From: an uncultured Lentisphaeria bacterium
GTDB taxonomy: Bacteria > Fidelibacterota > UBA8477 > JABMPR01
DNA: 64,000 bases
Assembly (NCBI GenBank): GCA_964508765.1
Contig: CAZDVD010000002.1
Span: 20,975 to 84,974 of the forward strand
Direction of reading: 5' to 3'
Translations under genes and position numbers: made by a program
Notes under the pieces: model-generated
What the model saw: only the letters and a program-made list of their open reading frames with translations
Database searches by the model: none
Told to the model about the DNA's origin: nothing
Shown here: piece by piece, positions 12,084 through 22,411 of the stretch
Layout: each line of letters starts with the position of its first letter
Numbering within the stretch: position 1 is the stretch's first letter

Positions 12084-12112
12084 TTGACAAGGTATAGGTC
12101 GGGTTTAAATTC
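12084..12112 (+). promoter_or_regulatory. Candidate sigma70-type promoter in rho leader (TTGACA-17 bp-TTTAAAT)
   Basis: TTGACA at 12084-12089, then a T/A-rich hexamer around 12104-12112 about 17 bp downstream. It lies about 105 bp upstream of the rho ATG. Promoter consensus for this lineage is unknown. Confidence 0.3.
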
Positions 12113-12218
12113 ACAATCGCAATTCAAATTAACCGAATGTGCAGTTTTTATCTCCCGGTAAACATTTTTCACAGAAATTTAATAAAAATATCAATCACAA
12201 AAGAACAGGTTTATTTAA

Positions 12219-13472
12219 ATGAGTTTTACCTTTACCCAGCTTTTGGACAAGAAGTTGAAAGAATTGGCAGATATTGCCCAGGAATTAGCAGTGCCAGCAG
12301 TTTCGGGCCAGAAAAAGATGGATCTAATCGAGGCTATCATCGAGGCTCAAACCGAGAGTGCCGGGATGATGTTTTCCAAAGGAGTTTTAGAAATATTGCC
12401 CGATGGATATGGTTTTCTCCGTGATGCGGACAATAACTATCTTGCCGGTGCCCATGACATCTATGTGTCACCCTCTCAAATAAAAAGATTTGGATTGCGT
12501 ACGGGGCAAATCGTCTGGGGACAGGTTCGCCCTCCTAAAGACAATGAACGCTATTTTGCGCTTCTAAAAATTGAAGCGATCAATTATCAGAATCCTGAAG
12601 AAGGCAGAATAGTACCTCAGTTTGACACACTCGTTCCTCTTTATGCTGACCATAAACTTACTCTGGAGCGTGGCCCTAAAAGCTATTCTATGCGAGTGAT
12701 GGATTTACTCAGCCCTGTTGGTAAGGGTCAACGTGGTCTTATTACAGCTCAGCCTAAGACTGGTAAGACTATTCTCCTCCAGGATATCGCCAATTCAATT
12801 GTTAAGAATCATCCAGATGTTACCCTTATAGTACTTCTCATTGATGAACGTCCTGAAGAAGTGACAGATATGCGCCGCATGGTGGATGCTGAAGTGATTG
12901 CATCCACTTTTGATGAGCCACCAGAGCGTCATGTTCAGGTGGCTGATATGGTCCTCAATAAAGCGAAATGTATGGTGGAATTTGGAAAGGATGTAGTCAT
13001 TCTGCTTGATAGTCTGACACGTCTGGCTCGGGCTCACAATGCCGTCATTCCTCATAGTGGTAAGATTCTATCGGGTGGTATTGATTCCAATGCTCTCCAC
13101 CGACCCAAGCGTTTTTTCGGTGCTGCCAGAAATGTTGAACATGGTGGCAGTTTAACCATCATGGCCACAGCGCTTATTGAAACTGGCTCCCGTATGGATG
13201 ATGTCATTTTTGAAGAATTTAAAGGGACTGGTAACATGGAGCTTGTCCTGGATCGTCGTCTTAGTGATCGTCGTATTTATCCAGCCATTGATATCAACCG
13301 ATCAGGTACCAGGAAAGAAGAACTTTTGCTTTCCAAGGCTGAACTTTCAAGAACCTGGATATTGAGAAAATTACTCAACGAAATGACTCCAGTTGAAGCC
13401 ATGGAATTTCTCCTTGAACGGATGCAGCGATCCAGCACCAATAAAGAGTTTATTCAAACCATGAATTCATAG
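12219..13472 (+). CDS. rho: Transcription termination factor Rho
   Basis: 417 aa. N-terminal [23 protein letters not shown], an OB-fold RNA-binding region and the RecA-type ATPase motifs [15 protein letters not shown] and DEPPERH. Confidence 0.95.
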   Translation: MSFTFTQLLDKKLKELADIAQELAVPAVSGQKKMDLIEAIIEAQTESAGMMFSKGVLEILPDGYGFLRDADNNYLAGAHDIYVSPSQIKRFGLRTGQIVWGQVRPPKDNERYFALLKIEAINYQNPEEGRIVPQFDTLVPLYADHKLTLERGPKSYSMRVMDLLSPVGKGQRGLITAQPKTGKTILLQDIANSIVKNHPDVTLIVLLIDERPEEVTDMRRMVDAEVIASTFDEPPERHVQVADMVLNKAKCMVEFGKDVVILLDSLTRLARAHNAVIPHSGKILSGGIDSNALHRPKRFFGAARNVEHGGSLTIMATALIETGSRMDDVIFEEFKGTGNMELVLDRRLSDRRIYPAIDINRSGTRKEELLLSKAELSRTWILRKLLNEMTPVEAMEFLLERMQRSSTNKEFIQTMNS

Positions 13473-13496
13473 TTTTACCCGAATTATAATCTAAAT

Positions 13497-13534
13497 AAGA
13501 GGAGCGTGGAGCTATTTCCACGCTCCTCTTTTCT
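13497..13534 (+). terminator. Rho-independent terminator after rho
   Basis: A 13-bp GC-rich stem (agaggagcgtgga / tccacgctcctct) with a 6-nt loop, followed by TTTTCTTT. Confidence 0.75.
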
Positions 13535-13653
13535 TTGGGGAACCAGTTATATTTCCATGAGTATCAAAACCAGATTATTGTGTGACGTTTCCCTTGCTAA
13601 GGCAGGGGGCTGACCGATATATTGCGCGGCTTTTTATGAAGAGGAAATAAGAA

Positions 13654-14841
13654 ATGAGTTTTGCCAAAAGAATCAACGCTTTACAGCCCTCAGCCACCAT
13701 GGCTGTGACAGAAGCTGCCGCACGCTTACGCGAACAGGGTATTGATGTCATTTCCTTTGGTGCTGGAGAACCGGATTTCGATACTCCGGACCACATTATT
13801 GCAGCGGCGAATAAAGCCCTTGCAGATGGACATACCCGCTATACCGCTGGATCAGGAACCACTGCCCTCAAGCAGGCCGTGGTCAATAAGCTGAGTAAAG
13901 ACAATGGTCTTGACTATGAGACCAACCAGATTGTCATTTCCAATGGTGGCAAGCATTCTCTTTTTAACATTATGATGACTCTTTTTGACGAGGGCGATGA
14001 AGTAATTGTACTTGCTCCATATTGGGTGACATATCCGGAGATAGTCAAGGTGAGTGGTGCTAAACCAGTTTATGTTGAGACATATGAAAAAGATGGTTTC
14101 CAGATCTCTCGAGAACAATTGCTCGTGGGAGTCACCGCTAAAACCAAAGGGATTATTGTGAACACACCTTCCAATCCCAGTGGAGCTGTCCTCAATCGTG
14201 AAAGTTTAGAAGCTATCGTTGATGTGTGTGTCGCGAATGATATCTGGATGGTGAGTGATGAGTGTTATGAGGCTTTCGTGTATGAAGGAGAACATCTAAG
14301 CTTGGCCGGTTTTGCTGGTGCCTATAAGAAAACGATTACCGTTCAAACCATGTCCAAAGCATTTGCGATGACCGGTTGGCGTATGGGATATACTGCCTCA
14401 ACGAAAGCACTTGCCAGTGCTATGGGGAAATTTCAGGGACAGGCAACAGGTTGTCCGAATTCTATCGCCCAGTATGCCTCGCAAACAGCTCTCACTGATC
14501 CGCCTTTATTCCTGGATGACTGGCGTGCACAATTTGTTGAACGTCGCGATTACATGGTTAAAGCATTAAACGAGATGGCTGATATCAACTGTCTTATGCC
14601 AGAGGGCGCTTTTTATGTTTTTCCGAAGATCTCAGATCTCTTTGGTAAAAAGACAGGGGATGTTGAAATCAAAAATGACACTGATCTGACAAATTATTTA
14701 CTGGATGAAGCTCATGTTACAGTAGTTCCCGGCTCAGCTTTTGGAGCCCCGGAACATATTAGATTGTCCTATGCAACATCCATGGATGCCATTAAAACAG
14801 GCCTCGGTAAATTTGCCGACGTCGTCGCTAAATTGAATTGA
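13654..14841 (+). CDS. Pyridoxal-phosphate-dependent aspartate aminotransferase (class I)
   Basis: 395 aa with fold-type I aminotransferase motifs, including the [13 protein letters not shown] lysine region. Confidence 0.85.
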   Translation: MSFAKRINALQPSATMAVTEAAARLREQGIDVISFGAGEPDFDTPDHIIAAANKALADGHTRYTAGSGTTALKQAVVNKLSKDNGLDYETNQIVISNGGKHSLFNIMMTLFDEGDEVIVLAPYWVTYPEIVKVSGAKPVYVETYEKDGFQISREQLLVGVTAKTKGIIVNTPSNPSGAVLNRESLEAIVDVCVANDIWMVSDECYEAFVYEGEHLSLAGFAGAYKKTITVQTMSKAFAMTGWRMGYTASTKALASAMGKFQGQATGCPNSIAQYASQTALTDPPLFLDDWRAQFVERRDYMVKALNEMADINCLMPEGAFYVFPKISDLFGKKTGDVEIKNDTDLTNYLLDEAHVTVVPGSAFGAPEHIRLSYATSMDAIKTGLGKFADVVAKLN

Positions 14842-14860
14842 TAAAGGGAGAACCCATAAA

Positions 14861-15073
14861 ATGAAACCAGGAGTCCATCCTAAATACGAATTGCACAAGG
14901 TTACTTGTGCCTGCGGAAATACTTTCGAGACCTATACCACTGTTGGTGAACTGCATATAGAAATTTGCAACGAATGTCACCCATATTTTACTGGAAAGCA
15001 GAAATTGATGGATACGGCTGGTCGTATCGATAAGTTCCGTAAAAAATATGGAACAGCTGAAAAAGCTAAATAG
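14861..15073 (+). CDS. rpmE: 50S ribosomal protein L31
   Basis: 70 aa starting [20 protein letters not shown], with the C-X-C...C-X2-H Zn ribbon typical of L31. Confidence 0.9.
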   Translation: MKPGVHPKYELHKVTCACGNTFETYTTVGELHIEICNECHPYFTGKQKLMDTAGRIDKFRKKYGTAEKAK

Positions 15074-15088
15074 ATCCGTTACGCTAAT

Positions 15089-16084
15089 TTGATGCCCCGA
15101 CGCTCTATCCGCGTTTTTATTCAGGCATTTCTCACCGCCCAGCAAACTATTCTGGTCGGTGGGCAAGCTATCCTCGAAGGTGTGATGATGCGAGTGCCTG
15201 GTGCATATGCTATTGCTGTGAGGAATCCCCAAGGCGAGATTATTACCAGACGCCAGGAATTCACTTCACTTACGGAAAAAATTGCCATATTAAAGAAACC
15301 AGTCCTGCGAGGGATGATCGTTCTCTTCGAGTCTATGAAGATGGGTATCGGTACCCTCAATGAGTCTGCAGAAATTGCCTATGAGGAAGACAGCTCGGCA
15401 GAAATGACGCTGAAGGATAAAGTGTTATCTGCCCTTGGAACTTTGTTAGCGCTGACTATTGGATTGGGGCTTTTCTTTGTGACACCACTTTTTGTCACAG
15501 GCAATCTGCTCCATCTTTCAGAGACGGCCTTTACCTTTAACATCGTTTCAGGTATTATCAGAATTACTCTTTTTCTGGCATATCTCTGGGGAATCTCACT
15601 TCTGGATGATGTAAAGCGATTATTTCAATATCATGGAGCTGAGCACAAAACAGTATACACCTTTGAAGCAGGTAAACCTCTTGATCTGGAATCAGCAAAA
15701 CCGTTTCAAACTCAGCATCCGAGGTGTGGTACCAGTTTTATATTTATCGTACTCTTGTCCTCGATCATACTATATGCCATCATCGATAGTGTTGTGAGTC
15801 TCTTTGTTGGTGAAATGACCTTGCAGGTCCGTTTGCTTACTCACTTGCCGCTCATTCCATTTGTCGCTGGTGTTTCATATGAGATTTTAAAGCTCTCTTC
15901 CAAATATCGTCATATTGCCTGGGTCAGGAGCTTGGCGGCTCCAGGTATCTGGCTGCAATATATCACAACCAGTGAACCAGATGATGATCAACTGACCGTT
16001 GCTCTTGAGTCTCTTAAATTTGCTTTTGGTGATGATCTTGAGAAATACCAGGGGAAATCATACGTGGCTGAGGCCATTGAATAA
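15089..16084 (+). CDS. DUF1385 family membrane protein (conserved partner upstream of prfA)
   Basis: 331 aa with a [12 protein letters not shown] motif, internal TM helices and an HGAEHK motif. It lies immediately upstream of prfA. Confidence 0.7.
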   Translation: MMPRRSIRVFIQAFLTAQQTILVGGQAILEGVMMRVPGAYAIAVRNPQGEIITRRQEFTSLTEKIAILKKPVLRGMIVLFESMKMGIGTLNESAEIAYEEDSSAEMTLKDKVLSALGTLLALTIGLGLFFVTPLFVTGNLLHLSETAFTFNIVSGIIRITLFLAYLWGISLLDDVKRLFQYHGAEHKTVYTFEAGKPLDLESAKPFQTQHPRCGTSFIFIVLLSSIILYAIIDSVVSLFVGEMTLQVRLLTHLPLIPFVAGVSYEILKLSSKYRHIAWVRSLAAPGIWLQYITTSEPDDDQLTVALESLKFAFGDDLEKYQGKSYVAEAIE

Positions 16085-17148
16085 TGTTACTGGAAAAACT
16101 TCCTGCACTTGAGGTAAAATTTAAAGAGCTGGAGACTCAACTCTCAGATCCAGAGCTTATGGCCAATAATCGTAAATACGCGAAGATTGCCCGAGAGCAT
16201 AATGATCTATCCCACGTTCTGGAAGTTTTTCATGACTATGAAGAACTCATGACCAGCATCGAGGAAGGTGAGTCTATCCTCCGTGGTGATGATGATGAGC
16301 TCAAAGAAATCGTTCGTGAAGAACTCGATGATTCTCTGGCTGAAAAAGCAAAACTAGAAGATGATTTAAAAATTCTCTTGATTCCCATAGACCCTCTCGA
16401 TTCAGGAGCAGCCATTCTTGAAATCAGAGCAGGTGCCGGTGGTGATGAAGCGGCCTTATTTGCATCAGATCTGGTTCGTATGTACCTGCGTTATACAGAA
16501 ACAAACAACTGGAAATATGAATTTATCACCTTGAATGAGCTGGGTGGCGGTGGCACCAAGGAAGCCATCATCCAGGTTACTGGTGAGCATGCTTATGGCA
16601 CCTTGAAATTTGAGAGTGGTGTCCATCGGGTTCAACGTATCCCTCAGACTGAAAGTAGTGGCCGAATTCATACATCAGCTGCCACAGTGGCTGTTTTACC
16701 CGAAGCTGAAGAAGTTGATGTTGAGATCAATGCCGGAGATTTGAGAATTGACACCTTCCGCGCCAGTGGTGCCGGTGGGCAGCATGTCAACAAAACTGAA
16801 TCTGCCATTCGTATTACCCACATGCCATCTGGCATGGTGGTTTCCTGTCAGGATGAGACCTCTCAGCATAAAAACAAAGATAAGGCGATGAAAGTCTTAC
16901 GTTCTCGTCTGTTGGCTGCGGAGCATGAGAAACAGGACAGTCAAGTGGCTGCCATGCGTAAAACACTCGTTTCAACGGGTGATAGAAGTGCCAAGATCAG
17001 GACCTACAATTATCCACAGGGTCGGGTAACCGATCACAGGATCAATTTGACCTTATACCGTTTGGAAGAAATTACCAATGGTGATCTTTCCGAACTTCAT
17101 GCGAAACTTGTGGCTGCGGAGATGGTCAATCGACTGGAGTCACTTTGA
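16084..17148 (+). CDS. prfA: Peptide chain release factor 1
   Basis: 354 aa with the [16 protein letters not shown] (GGQ) motif and a PQT tripeptide at the RF1 P(A/V)T position rather than the RF2 SPF. Confidence 0.93.
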   Translation: MLLEKLPALEVKFKELETQLSDPELMANNRKYAKIAREHNDLSHVLEVFHDYEELMTSIEEGESILRGDDDELKEIVREELDDSLAEKAKLEDDLKILLIPIDPLDSGAAILEIRAGAGGDEAALFASDLVRMYLRYTETNNWKYEFITLNELGGGGTKEAIIQVTGEHAYGTLKFESGVHRVQRIPQTESSGRIHTSAATVAVLPEAEEVDVEINAGDLRIDTFRASGAGGQHVNKTESAIRITHMPSGMVVSCQDETSQHKNKDKAMKVLRSRLLAAEHEKQDSQVAAMRKTLVSTGDRSAKIRTYNYPQGRVTDHRINLTLYRLEEITNGDLSELHAKLVAAEMVNRLESL

Positions 17149-17567
17149 GCAAGCGTTCCTCTCGTTCCATGCGTACCTGGCGCAAATTTCACCGTTACAC
17201 ATTTGGTTATAGTAAGTGGGTCAGTCTGATTTCTGTAGTATTGCTTATTGTTATTTCGGTTACTGGTATTCTGCTCATTCATCAGGATAGTTTAAAGGTT
17301 ATCCAGAAGTCTCGAGTTCCTCTCAGTATGCTTCCTGATCACTATGATAATCGGCTGGAAACCACTCGTGATAGACAGGGAACCAAAGAAATATTTAGGG
17401 AGGAGAAAAGTGTACCCCTACGCTGGGTAGTTCTTGATCTCCATACCGGTGATTTTTTTGGCAAATACGGGTTCCTCCTCTATGATATACTGGCAGTGAT
17501 TATGCTGGTTATGGGTAGTACCGGGATTTACATGTATTTCAAAATTAGAAAAAATAGCACTTTTTAA
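17145..17567 (+). CDS. PepSY-associated TM helix family membrane protein
   Basis: 140 aa with two TM helices and an [10 protein letters not shown] motif typical of PepSY_TM regions. Confidence 0.5.
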   Translation: MSKRSSRSMRTWRKFHRYTFGYSKWVSLISVVLLIVISVTGILLIHQDSLKVIQKSRVPLSMLPDHYDNRLETTRDRQGTKEIFREEKSVPLRWVVLDLHTGDFFGKYGFLLYDILAVIMLVMGSTGIYMYFKIRKNSTF

Positions 17568-17577
17568 GGGATTTGAC

Positions 17578-18075
17578 ATGTTCAAATACACGCACATACT
17601 GATGGTCTTAATAGTAGGACTTGCCTTGATGGCTTGCAATTCTGAAAATGCTGAGATAGCAGGCGATCAATTTGGACAGAGCCTGACCATGGCAAAAGTG
17701 ACACCCGTTATTGATGTATTTATCCAGGCCAAGGATCTCAATGGTCAGATGGTTCGAGTTTCAGGAACCGTGATCGATCTCTGCAAGCACAAAGGTTGCT
17801 GGATGCAGATCAGTGATGGTCAGAATGTATTAACCGTCCGTTTTAAAGACGAAGCTTTCATTATTCCAGCCAACTCTGTGGGTCGCAATGTTGATATGGA
17901 GGGTCTTTTTATCGTAGAAAAAATCTCAAATCCTCTGGGGTCACACCAGGCTTGTGCAGAAGGTGGAGAACATAGTGGTGAAGGAGCCTGCGAGAGTGAG
18001 CGTGCCGAGAAGACGGTTCACAAAGTAGCCGATATGCGTTATACCCTGGTTTCAACAGGTTTAGTTCTGTCATAA
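17578..18075 (+). CDS. Lipoprotein, DUF4920-like
   Basis: 165 aa with a lipoprotein signal (LALMAC) and a CKHKGCWMQISDG motif recalled as characteristic of DUF4920. Confidence 0.5.
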   Translation: MFKYTHILMVLIVGLALMACNSENAEIAGDQFGQSLTMAKVTPVIDVFIQAKDLNGQMVRVSGTVIDLCKHKGCWMQISDGQNVLTVRFKDEAFIIPANSVGRNVDMEGLFIVEKISNPLGSHQACAEGGEHSGEGACESERAEKTVHKVADMRYTLVSTGLVLS

Positions 18076-18109
18076 AAGTTTATTTTCTTCTGTAACGATT
18101 GAATAGGAA

Positions 18110-18721
18110 TTGCATCCAATTAAACGTGAATTGACAATTGAAGAGACGCCGGAGCTAATCCAGGCAGCCCGAGATGGAGACCGGAAGGTGCAGTCACATT
18201 TAGTGACAATGTATTCTTCCCGTATTTATAATCTGGGACTGCGTATGCTGCGCAATAATGAGGATGCTGAAGATATGCTTCAGGAAACCTTTATTACAGC
18301 ATTCCAAAAGATGCATTCCTTCAAAGGGAAATCCAGTTTTTATACCTGGATTTACCGCATTGGTGTGAATATCGCTCTCGGTAAATTGCGAAAGCAATCC
18401 AGGATGCAGATTTCCTATTCCATTCAGGAACCGGATTTTGAGAATCTCCATGGTCTGAAAATAGCAGATTGGCCGGAGTATATCGAAACCAAGGTTTCAG
18501 ATAAAGAATTTAGGATTGCCCTCAAGGTTGCGCTTGATGATCTGGATGAGAAATACCGTTCAGTGTTTGTGCTGAGGGATTTGGAAGAACTATCCACTGC
18601 GAAAACAGCTGAAGTTCTGGAGCTTTCTGAAAGCAATGTGAAAGTAAGACTTATGCGGGCCAGACTCTTTTTGAGGGACCACATGAGTACCTTTTTAAAA
18701 CGCGAAGGTTGGTTGGTGTGA
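18110..18721 (+). CDS. RNA polymerase ECF-type sigma factor (sigma-70 region 2 + region 4)
   Basis: 203 aa with region 2 (FITAFQKMHSFKGKSSFYTWIYRIGVN) and region 4 (LSTAKTAEVLELSESNVKVRLMRAR). Confidence 0.85.
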   Translation: MHPIKRELTIEETPELIQAARDGDRKVQSHLVTMYSSRIYNLGLRMLRNNEDAEDMLQETFITAFQKMHSFKGKSSFYTWIYRIGVNIALGKLRKQSRMQISYSIQEPDFENLHGLKIADWPEYIETKVSDKEFRIALKVALDDLDEKYRSVFVLRDLEELSTAKTAEVLELSESNVKVRLMRARLFLRDHMSTFLKREGWLV

Positions 18722-18972
18722 CAAAGCCAAAACATGATGTAGAACTACAAAAAAAAATCTGTCTGGATTTCGGTGCAGATATTGGTTCTGAATTATGTCG
18801 GGAAGTAGAGTTGCTTATGGAAGAGTGTCCAGAATGCAAAGTTTACTATGACACCATGCAGCGTTCAGTAAAATTGTACCGGGTTGTGGAAGATGAGTGT
18901 GCACTTCCTAAGTCTGTATCCGAACGCCTCTTCAAAGTATTAGATTTAGATCAGTTGAAGAAGGATCTATAG
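18709..18972 (+). CDS. Putative Cys-rich (zinc-finger-like) anti-sigma factor
   Basis: About 85 aa ORF that overlaps the sigma-factor stop, which suggests translational coupling. It contains C-X11-C...C-P-E-C...C. The start codon (TTG or GTG) is uncertain. Confidence 0.45.
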   Translation: MVGVTKPKHDVELQKKICLDFGADIGSELCREVELLMEECPECKVYYDTMQRSVKLYRVVEDECALPKSVSERLFKVLDLDQLKKDL

Positions 18973-18974
18973 AA

Positions 18975-19229
18975 ATGGCCACGTTGACAGAGCAGACAAA
19001 AAAAGTTATCATGTTTACCACCCCGAGTTGTTCGTATTGTACAACGGCGAAACGCTATTTGAGGGAAAAGGGAATTAAGTTTAAAGAAATTGATGTGAGC
19101 AGAAATCAAAAGGCTGCCCAAGATATGTTAAGAAAAACAGGTCAGCAGGGTGTTCCACAACTGTGGATTAATAATCGTCCAGTCGTTGGCTTTGATAGAA
19201 ATAAAATTAATGGTTTATTAGGTTTATAG
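18975..19229 (+). CDS. Glutaredoxin-like protein (YruB/NrdH-type, CxxC = CSYC)
   Basis: 84 aa with an FTTPSCSYCTTAKRYL thioredoxin-fold active site. Confidence 0.8.
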   Translation: MATLTEQTKKVIMFTTPSCSYCTTAKRYLREKGIKFKEIDVSRNQKAAQDMLRKTGQQGVPQLWINNRPVVGFDRNKINGLLGL

Positions 19230-19238
19230 GAGAAAGAA

Positions 19239-19508
19239 ATGAAAATTCAACCTTTAGATGATCGTGTATTAGTTATCCCTGCAGGAGAGGAAGAAACCAC
19301 AGCCTCAGGTATTATTATCCCGGATACAGCCAAGGAAAAACCACGTCGTGGTAGTGTTGCAGCCGTAGGTAATGATGAAGAATTACAGGAATTGGTCAAA
19401 GAGGGTGATGTTATCCTCTATGGCAAATATGCTGGCGATGAGCTCGCATATGATGGTACTGACTACCTCATCCTTAATCGGAGTGATATTCTGGCCAAAC
19501 TCAGCTAA
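19239..19508 (+). CDS. groES: Co-chaperonin GroES (no groEL downstream)
   Basis: 89 aa starting MKIQPLDDRVLV, with a mobile loop (EEETTASGIIIPDTAKEKP) and a GKYAG motif. A strong terminator follows. Confidence 0.9.
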   Translation: MKIQPLDDRVLVIPAGEEETTASGIIIPDTAKEKPRRGSVAAVGNDEELQELVKEGDVILYGKYAGDELAYDGTDYLILNRSDILAKLS

Positions 19509-19527
19509 TTTTGAGTTACATCGATTA

Positions 19528-19558
19528 AAAAAAGGGAGCGGAATGCTCCCTTTTTTTG
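19528..19558 (+). terminator. Rho-independent terminator after groES
   Basis: aaaaaaa-GGGAGCggaatGCTCCC-ttttttt, a GC stem flanked by A and T runs. Confidence 0.85.
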
Positions 19559-19751
19559 TTTATCTGGTGAACCTATTAGCGGGATACAAAAAGATGATAA
19601 CTATTTTGTCACTTACATGACTGTGCATACTCCAATAAAGGCTTTAATTTGCTATGCATAAAAGAAAGGGAACGCCGTCCATGAATAACATTGAAATAAA
19701 GATAATCTCCGTTCCCTCTGCGTTCTCTGTGGTTAAAGAAATGGAAAACCT

Positions 19752-21101
19752 ATGAAAAAAAAATATGTCATAATCGGTGGGGATGCTGCGGGGATGAGTG
19801 CTGCCAGTAAAATCAGACGCATGCAACCCAATTCTGAGCTGCTCGTTTTTGAAAAAGGACAGCACATCAGCTTTGCAGCATGTGGAATGCCCTACTGGAT
19901 TAGCGGTGTGATTGAAGATGGTAGCAAGTTAGAGGTCCTCACGCCAGAAATTGCCAGGGAAAAACGTGGCATTGATGTCCGAACCGATCATGAAGTAACT
20001 AAAATCGATACCTCAAGTAATACCATTCAAGTGAGAAATCTGAATACAGGTGAAGATTTTGTTGAGTCTTATGACTCACTGCTCATTGCTACAGGCGCTC
20101 GCTCAGTTTTGCCCCCCATACCGGGATTGGATAATAAGGGTGTTTTTACACTCCGCAGTCTGGCTGATGGATATCGGATAAAAAAATATATAGCAGATAA
20201 TGAGATCAAGCATGCAACCATTATCGGCGGCGGGCATATTGGATTAGAAATGGCGGAAGCCTACCGACATCTCAATATTGACGTCACGATGTTGGTGAGG
20301 AGCGATCAGGTTTCACCCTCAATCGATAAAGACCTTCTTGGCGAAGTAACTGAGAATGTGAGAGCAAATGGGGTTGATCTTCAGCTTCAGACTCGAGTTA
20401 ATGCAATAGAATCGTCAAATGATAGACTTCTGATTCTGACCTCAAAAGGTCAGGTAGAAACTGACATGTTTATTGTTTCTACGGGTGTTAGACCAAATTC
20501 TGAATTGGCAATTGATGTAGGTGTTTCTGTGGGAAACAGCGGTGCTATCCTGATTGATGAGTACATGCAAACCAACATTGAAAATGTATATGCAGCAGGT
20601 GACTGTGCTGAGCATAACCATCTTGTTCTGAATGAACCTACGTGGATCTCTGGGGCTCCATCGGCCAATAAGGGTGGCCGAGTTGCAGGTGAAAACATGG
20701 CTGGTGCCCGGACCAGATTCCCTGGCATTCTGGGAACAGCAGTTGCCAAAGTATTCGATTATACTCTAGCCCAGACTGGACTGACAGAGAAACAAGCACT
20801 TCAAATCAAGAAGCTGGGGGGTTTTGAAACAACTACTATCACAGGTGGAAGTCGGGCTCACTATTACCCTGGCTCTACTCCAATAACGATAAAACTTGTG
20901 GTTGAAAAAGGCAGTAAACGACTTTTGGGTGCCCAAATAGTGGGAAAAGCTGATGTTGCCAAACGTCTCGATGTGCTCGCCACTGCTATTACAGCAAAAA
21001 TGACAGTTGAGGATATCAGTATGCTTGATTTGACCTATGCTCCACCCTTTGCACCTGTTTACGATCCCATTCATGTCGCGGCTAATGTGGCGAATAAGTG
21101 A
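19752..21101 (+). CDS. FAD-dependent pyridine nucleotide-disulfide oxidoreductase (CoA-disulfide reductase / NADH oxidase family)
   Basis: 449 aa with GGDAAGMSAASK FAD-binding, a redox-active Cys in SFAACGMPY, an NAD-binding GGGHIGLE motif and a C-terminal dimerisation domain. Confidence 0.85.
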   Translation: MKKKYVIIGGDAAGMSAASKIRRMQPNSELLVFEKGQHISFAACGMPYWISGVIEDGSKLEVLTPEIAREKRGIDVRTDHEVTKIDTSSNTIQVRNLNTGEDFVESYDSLLIATGARSVLPPIPGLDNKGVFTLRSLADGYRIKKYIADNEIKHATIIGGGHIGLEMAEAYRHLNIDVTMLVRSDQVSPSIDKDLLGEVTENVRANGVDLQLQTRVNAIESSNDRLLILTSKGQVETDMFIVSTGVRPNSELAIDVGVSVGNSGAILIDEYMQTNIENVYAAGDCAEHNHLVLNEPTWISGAPSANKGGRVAGENMAGARTRFPGILGTAVAKVFDYTLAQTGLTEKQALQIKKLGGFETTTITGGSRAHYYPGSTPITIKLVVEKGSKRLLGAQIVGKADVAKRLDVLATAITAKMTVEDISMLDLTYAPPFAPVYDPIHVAANVANK

Positions 21102-21131
21102 GTCAGGAGTTGGGTGTCAGAAGAATAACTA

Positions 21132-21151
21132 GGCGAGGATTCGAATCCTCG
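21132..21151. repeat. Perfect 20-bp palindrome gcgaggaTTCGAAtcctcgc immediately after the oxidoreductase gene
   Basis: The palindrome is read directly from the sequence. It has no adjacent T-run, so a regulatory site or an atypical terminator is more likely than a canonical terminator. Confidence 0.6.
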
Positions 21152-21228
21152 CATGGTATTTCCCGCGTGTACGAAATGATATTTCACAACTCCGTACTCC
21201 TTGAGAATAATTAAAAGGATGATTACAT

Positions 21229-21486
21229 ATGATACATAAAGATATGCTGATTGAGGATCTGGTTCAGGAATATCCTAAGCTAATTGGTCCACTGAAGAAT
21301 GAGGGCATTGTCTGTCTCGCATGTGGTGAAGCTCTCTGGGGAACCCTGGAAGCTCAAGCTCTTGAAAAAGGTCTGGACAATATTGATGAAATTGTGGAAC
21401 GAATGAATGCCATTCTCAGTGAAGCAGATGATGATACTGAGACACTCAAACAACAAATAAAAATTGATCCAGCTAAGTTATCCTGA
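21229..21486 (+). CDS. DUF1858 (redox-disulfide/hybrid-cluster-associated) domain protein
   Basis: 85 aa with an EDLVQEYPKLIGPLKNEGIVCLACGEALWGTLEAQA core like DUF1858. Confidence 0.6.
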   Translation: MIHKDMLIEDLVQEYPKLIGPLKNEGIVCLACGEALWGTLEAQALEKGLDNIDEIVERMNAILSEADDDTETLKQQIKIDPAKLS

Positions 21487-21584
21487 GTAGGGGATTAGCA
21501 TTCCCGGCGACTGGATCTATTTTACCTGCCGTCAATTTGTATATTGTTGGTATCAACAGAAATTAACATATAAAGGTATGTGCT

Positions 21585-22007
21585 ATGTCTGAAATAAAAA
21601 TACAACAACTCAAAGGCGCTAGTTTTGCAGCCAGAGGTCAATCTGGACATTGGGTTATGATGGATGGAAACGAAAAAGTTGGTGGTGTGGACGGAGCTAG
21701 CCGGCCCATGGAAATGGTTCTGTTTGGTCTCGGAGGCTGTACAGCAGTTGATGTAGAGATAATCCTTAAAAAAATGAAAGTCCCCGTGGAGAATATTGAA
21801 ATAGATATTGAAACGGAGCGGGCAGATAATCATCCCAAAGTGTACACAAAAATTGACATGACTTATCATTTCTATGGAAAGGATCTGCCACTAAAAAAAT
21901 TGGAAAAAGCAGTCAAACTTTCCAAAGACACCTATTGCTCTGCAAGTGCCATGCTGGCATCAACTGCTGAAATCACAGCACACATCGAAAACCATAATAC
22001 TGCATGA
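21585..22007 (+). CDS. OsmC/Ohr family peroxiredoxin-like protein
   Basis: 140 aa with the OsmC fold motifs VLFGLGGCTAVD and YCSASAML. Confidence 0.85.
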   Translation: MSEIKIQQLKGASFAARGQSGHWVMMDGNEKVGGVDGASRPMEMVLFGLGGCTAVDVEIILKKMKVPVENIEIDIETERADNHPKVYTKIDMTYHFYGKDLPLKKLEKAVKLSKDTYCSASAMLASTAEITAHIENHNTA

Positions 22008-22411
22008 TCTACCGCCTGATCGCCTATTCCTTGATATTACTTGGAATCGGAGGCACCATATACATGGGTGTTGAAGGTATTTATGGCGATTACTATGATA
22101 TTCCAACCATGAACTATGCGTCATTTAGCCGACAATATTCTGATTCCAGTAATTATATCTTAATCGATGTGCGTACGGAATCTGAAATTGCAAGCCAGCC
22201 CGCACCCTGGTCTAATACGATACAGATACCTCTGCTTTCACTTGAGGATAGATGCATGGAGCTAAACAAATATAAAGATCAACCTATGATGGTTCTCTGT
22301 CCCACAGGCAATCGCTCAAGGCAAGGGGCTCGTGTCCTAAGGCTGGCAGGATTTAATGCCTGGTATATGGAAGAGGGCATGTTTACAGAGGAAGTATACA
22401 ACAATGAATAA
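22004..22411 (+). CDS. Membrane-anchored rhodanese-domain sulfurtransferase (active-site Cys present)
   Basis: 135 aa with an N-terminal TM segment, ILIDVRTESE, and a CPTGNRSRQGAR active-site loop (C-X5-R). The ATG overlaps the osmC stop. Confidence 0.8.
   Translation: MIYRLIAYSLILLGIGGTIYMGVEGIYGDYYDIPTMNYASFSRQYSDSSNYILIDVRTESEIASQPAPWSNTIQIPLLSLEDRCMELNKYKDQPMMVLCPTGNRSRQGARVLRLAGFNAWYMEEGMFTEEVYNNE

Noticed and set aside
12137-12424. 95-aa ORF overlapping the rho leader and rho start
   Set aside because: It is in a different frame overlapping a highly conserved gene, has low-complexity composition and no homolog signal. It is spurious.
21132-21151. tRNA-like T-arm sequences (GGATTCGAATCC) considered as tRNA genes or fragments
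   Set aside because: No acceptor, D or anticodon arms can be built around them, the stems are too long (7 bp) and the loop too short (6 nt) for a T-arm. They are more likely hairpin regulatory or terminator elements.
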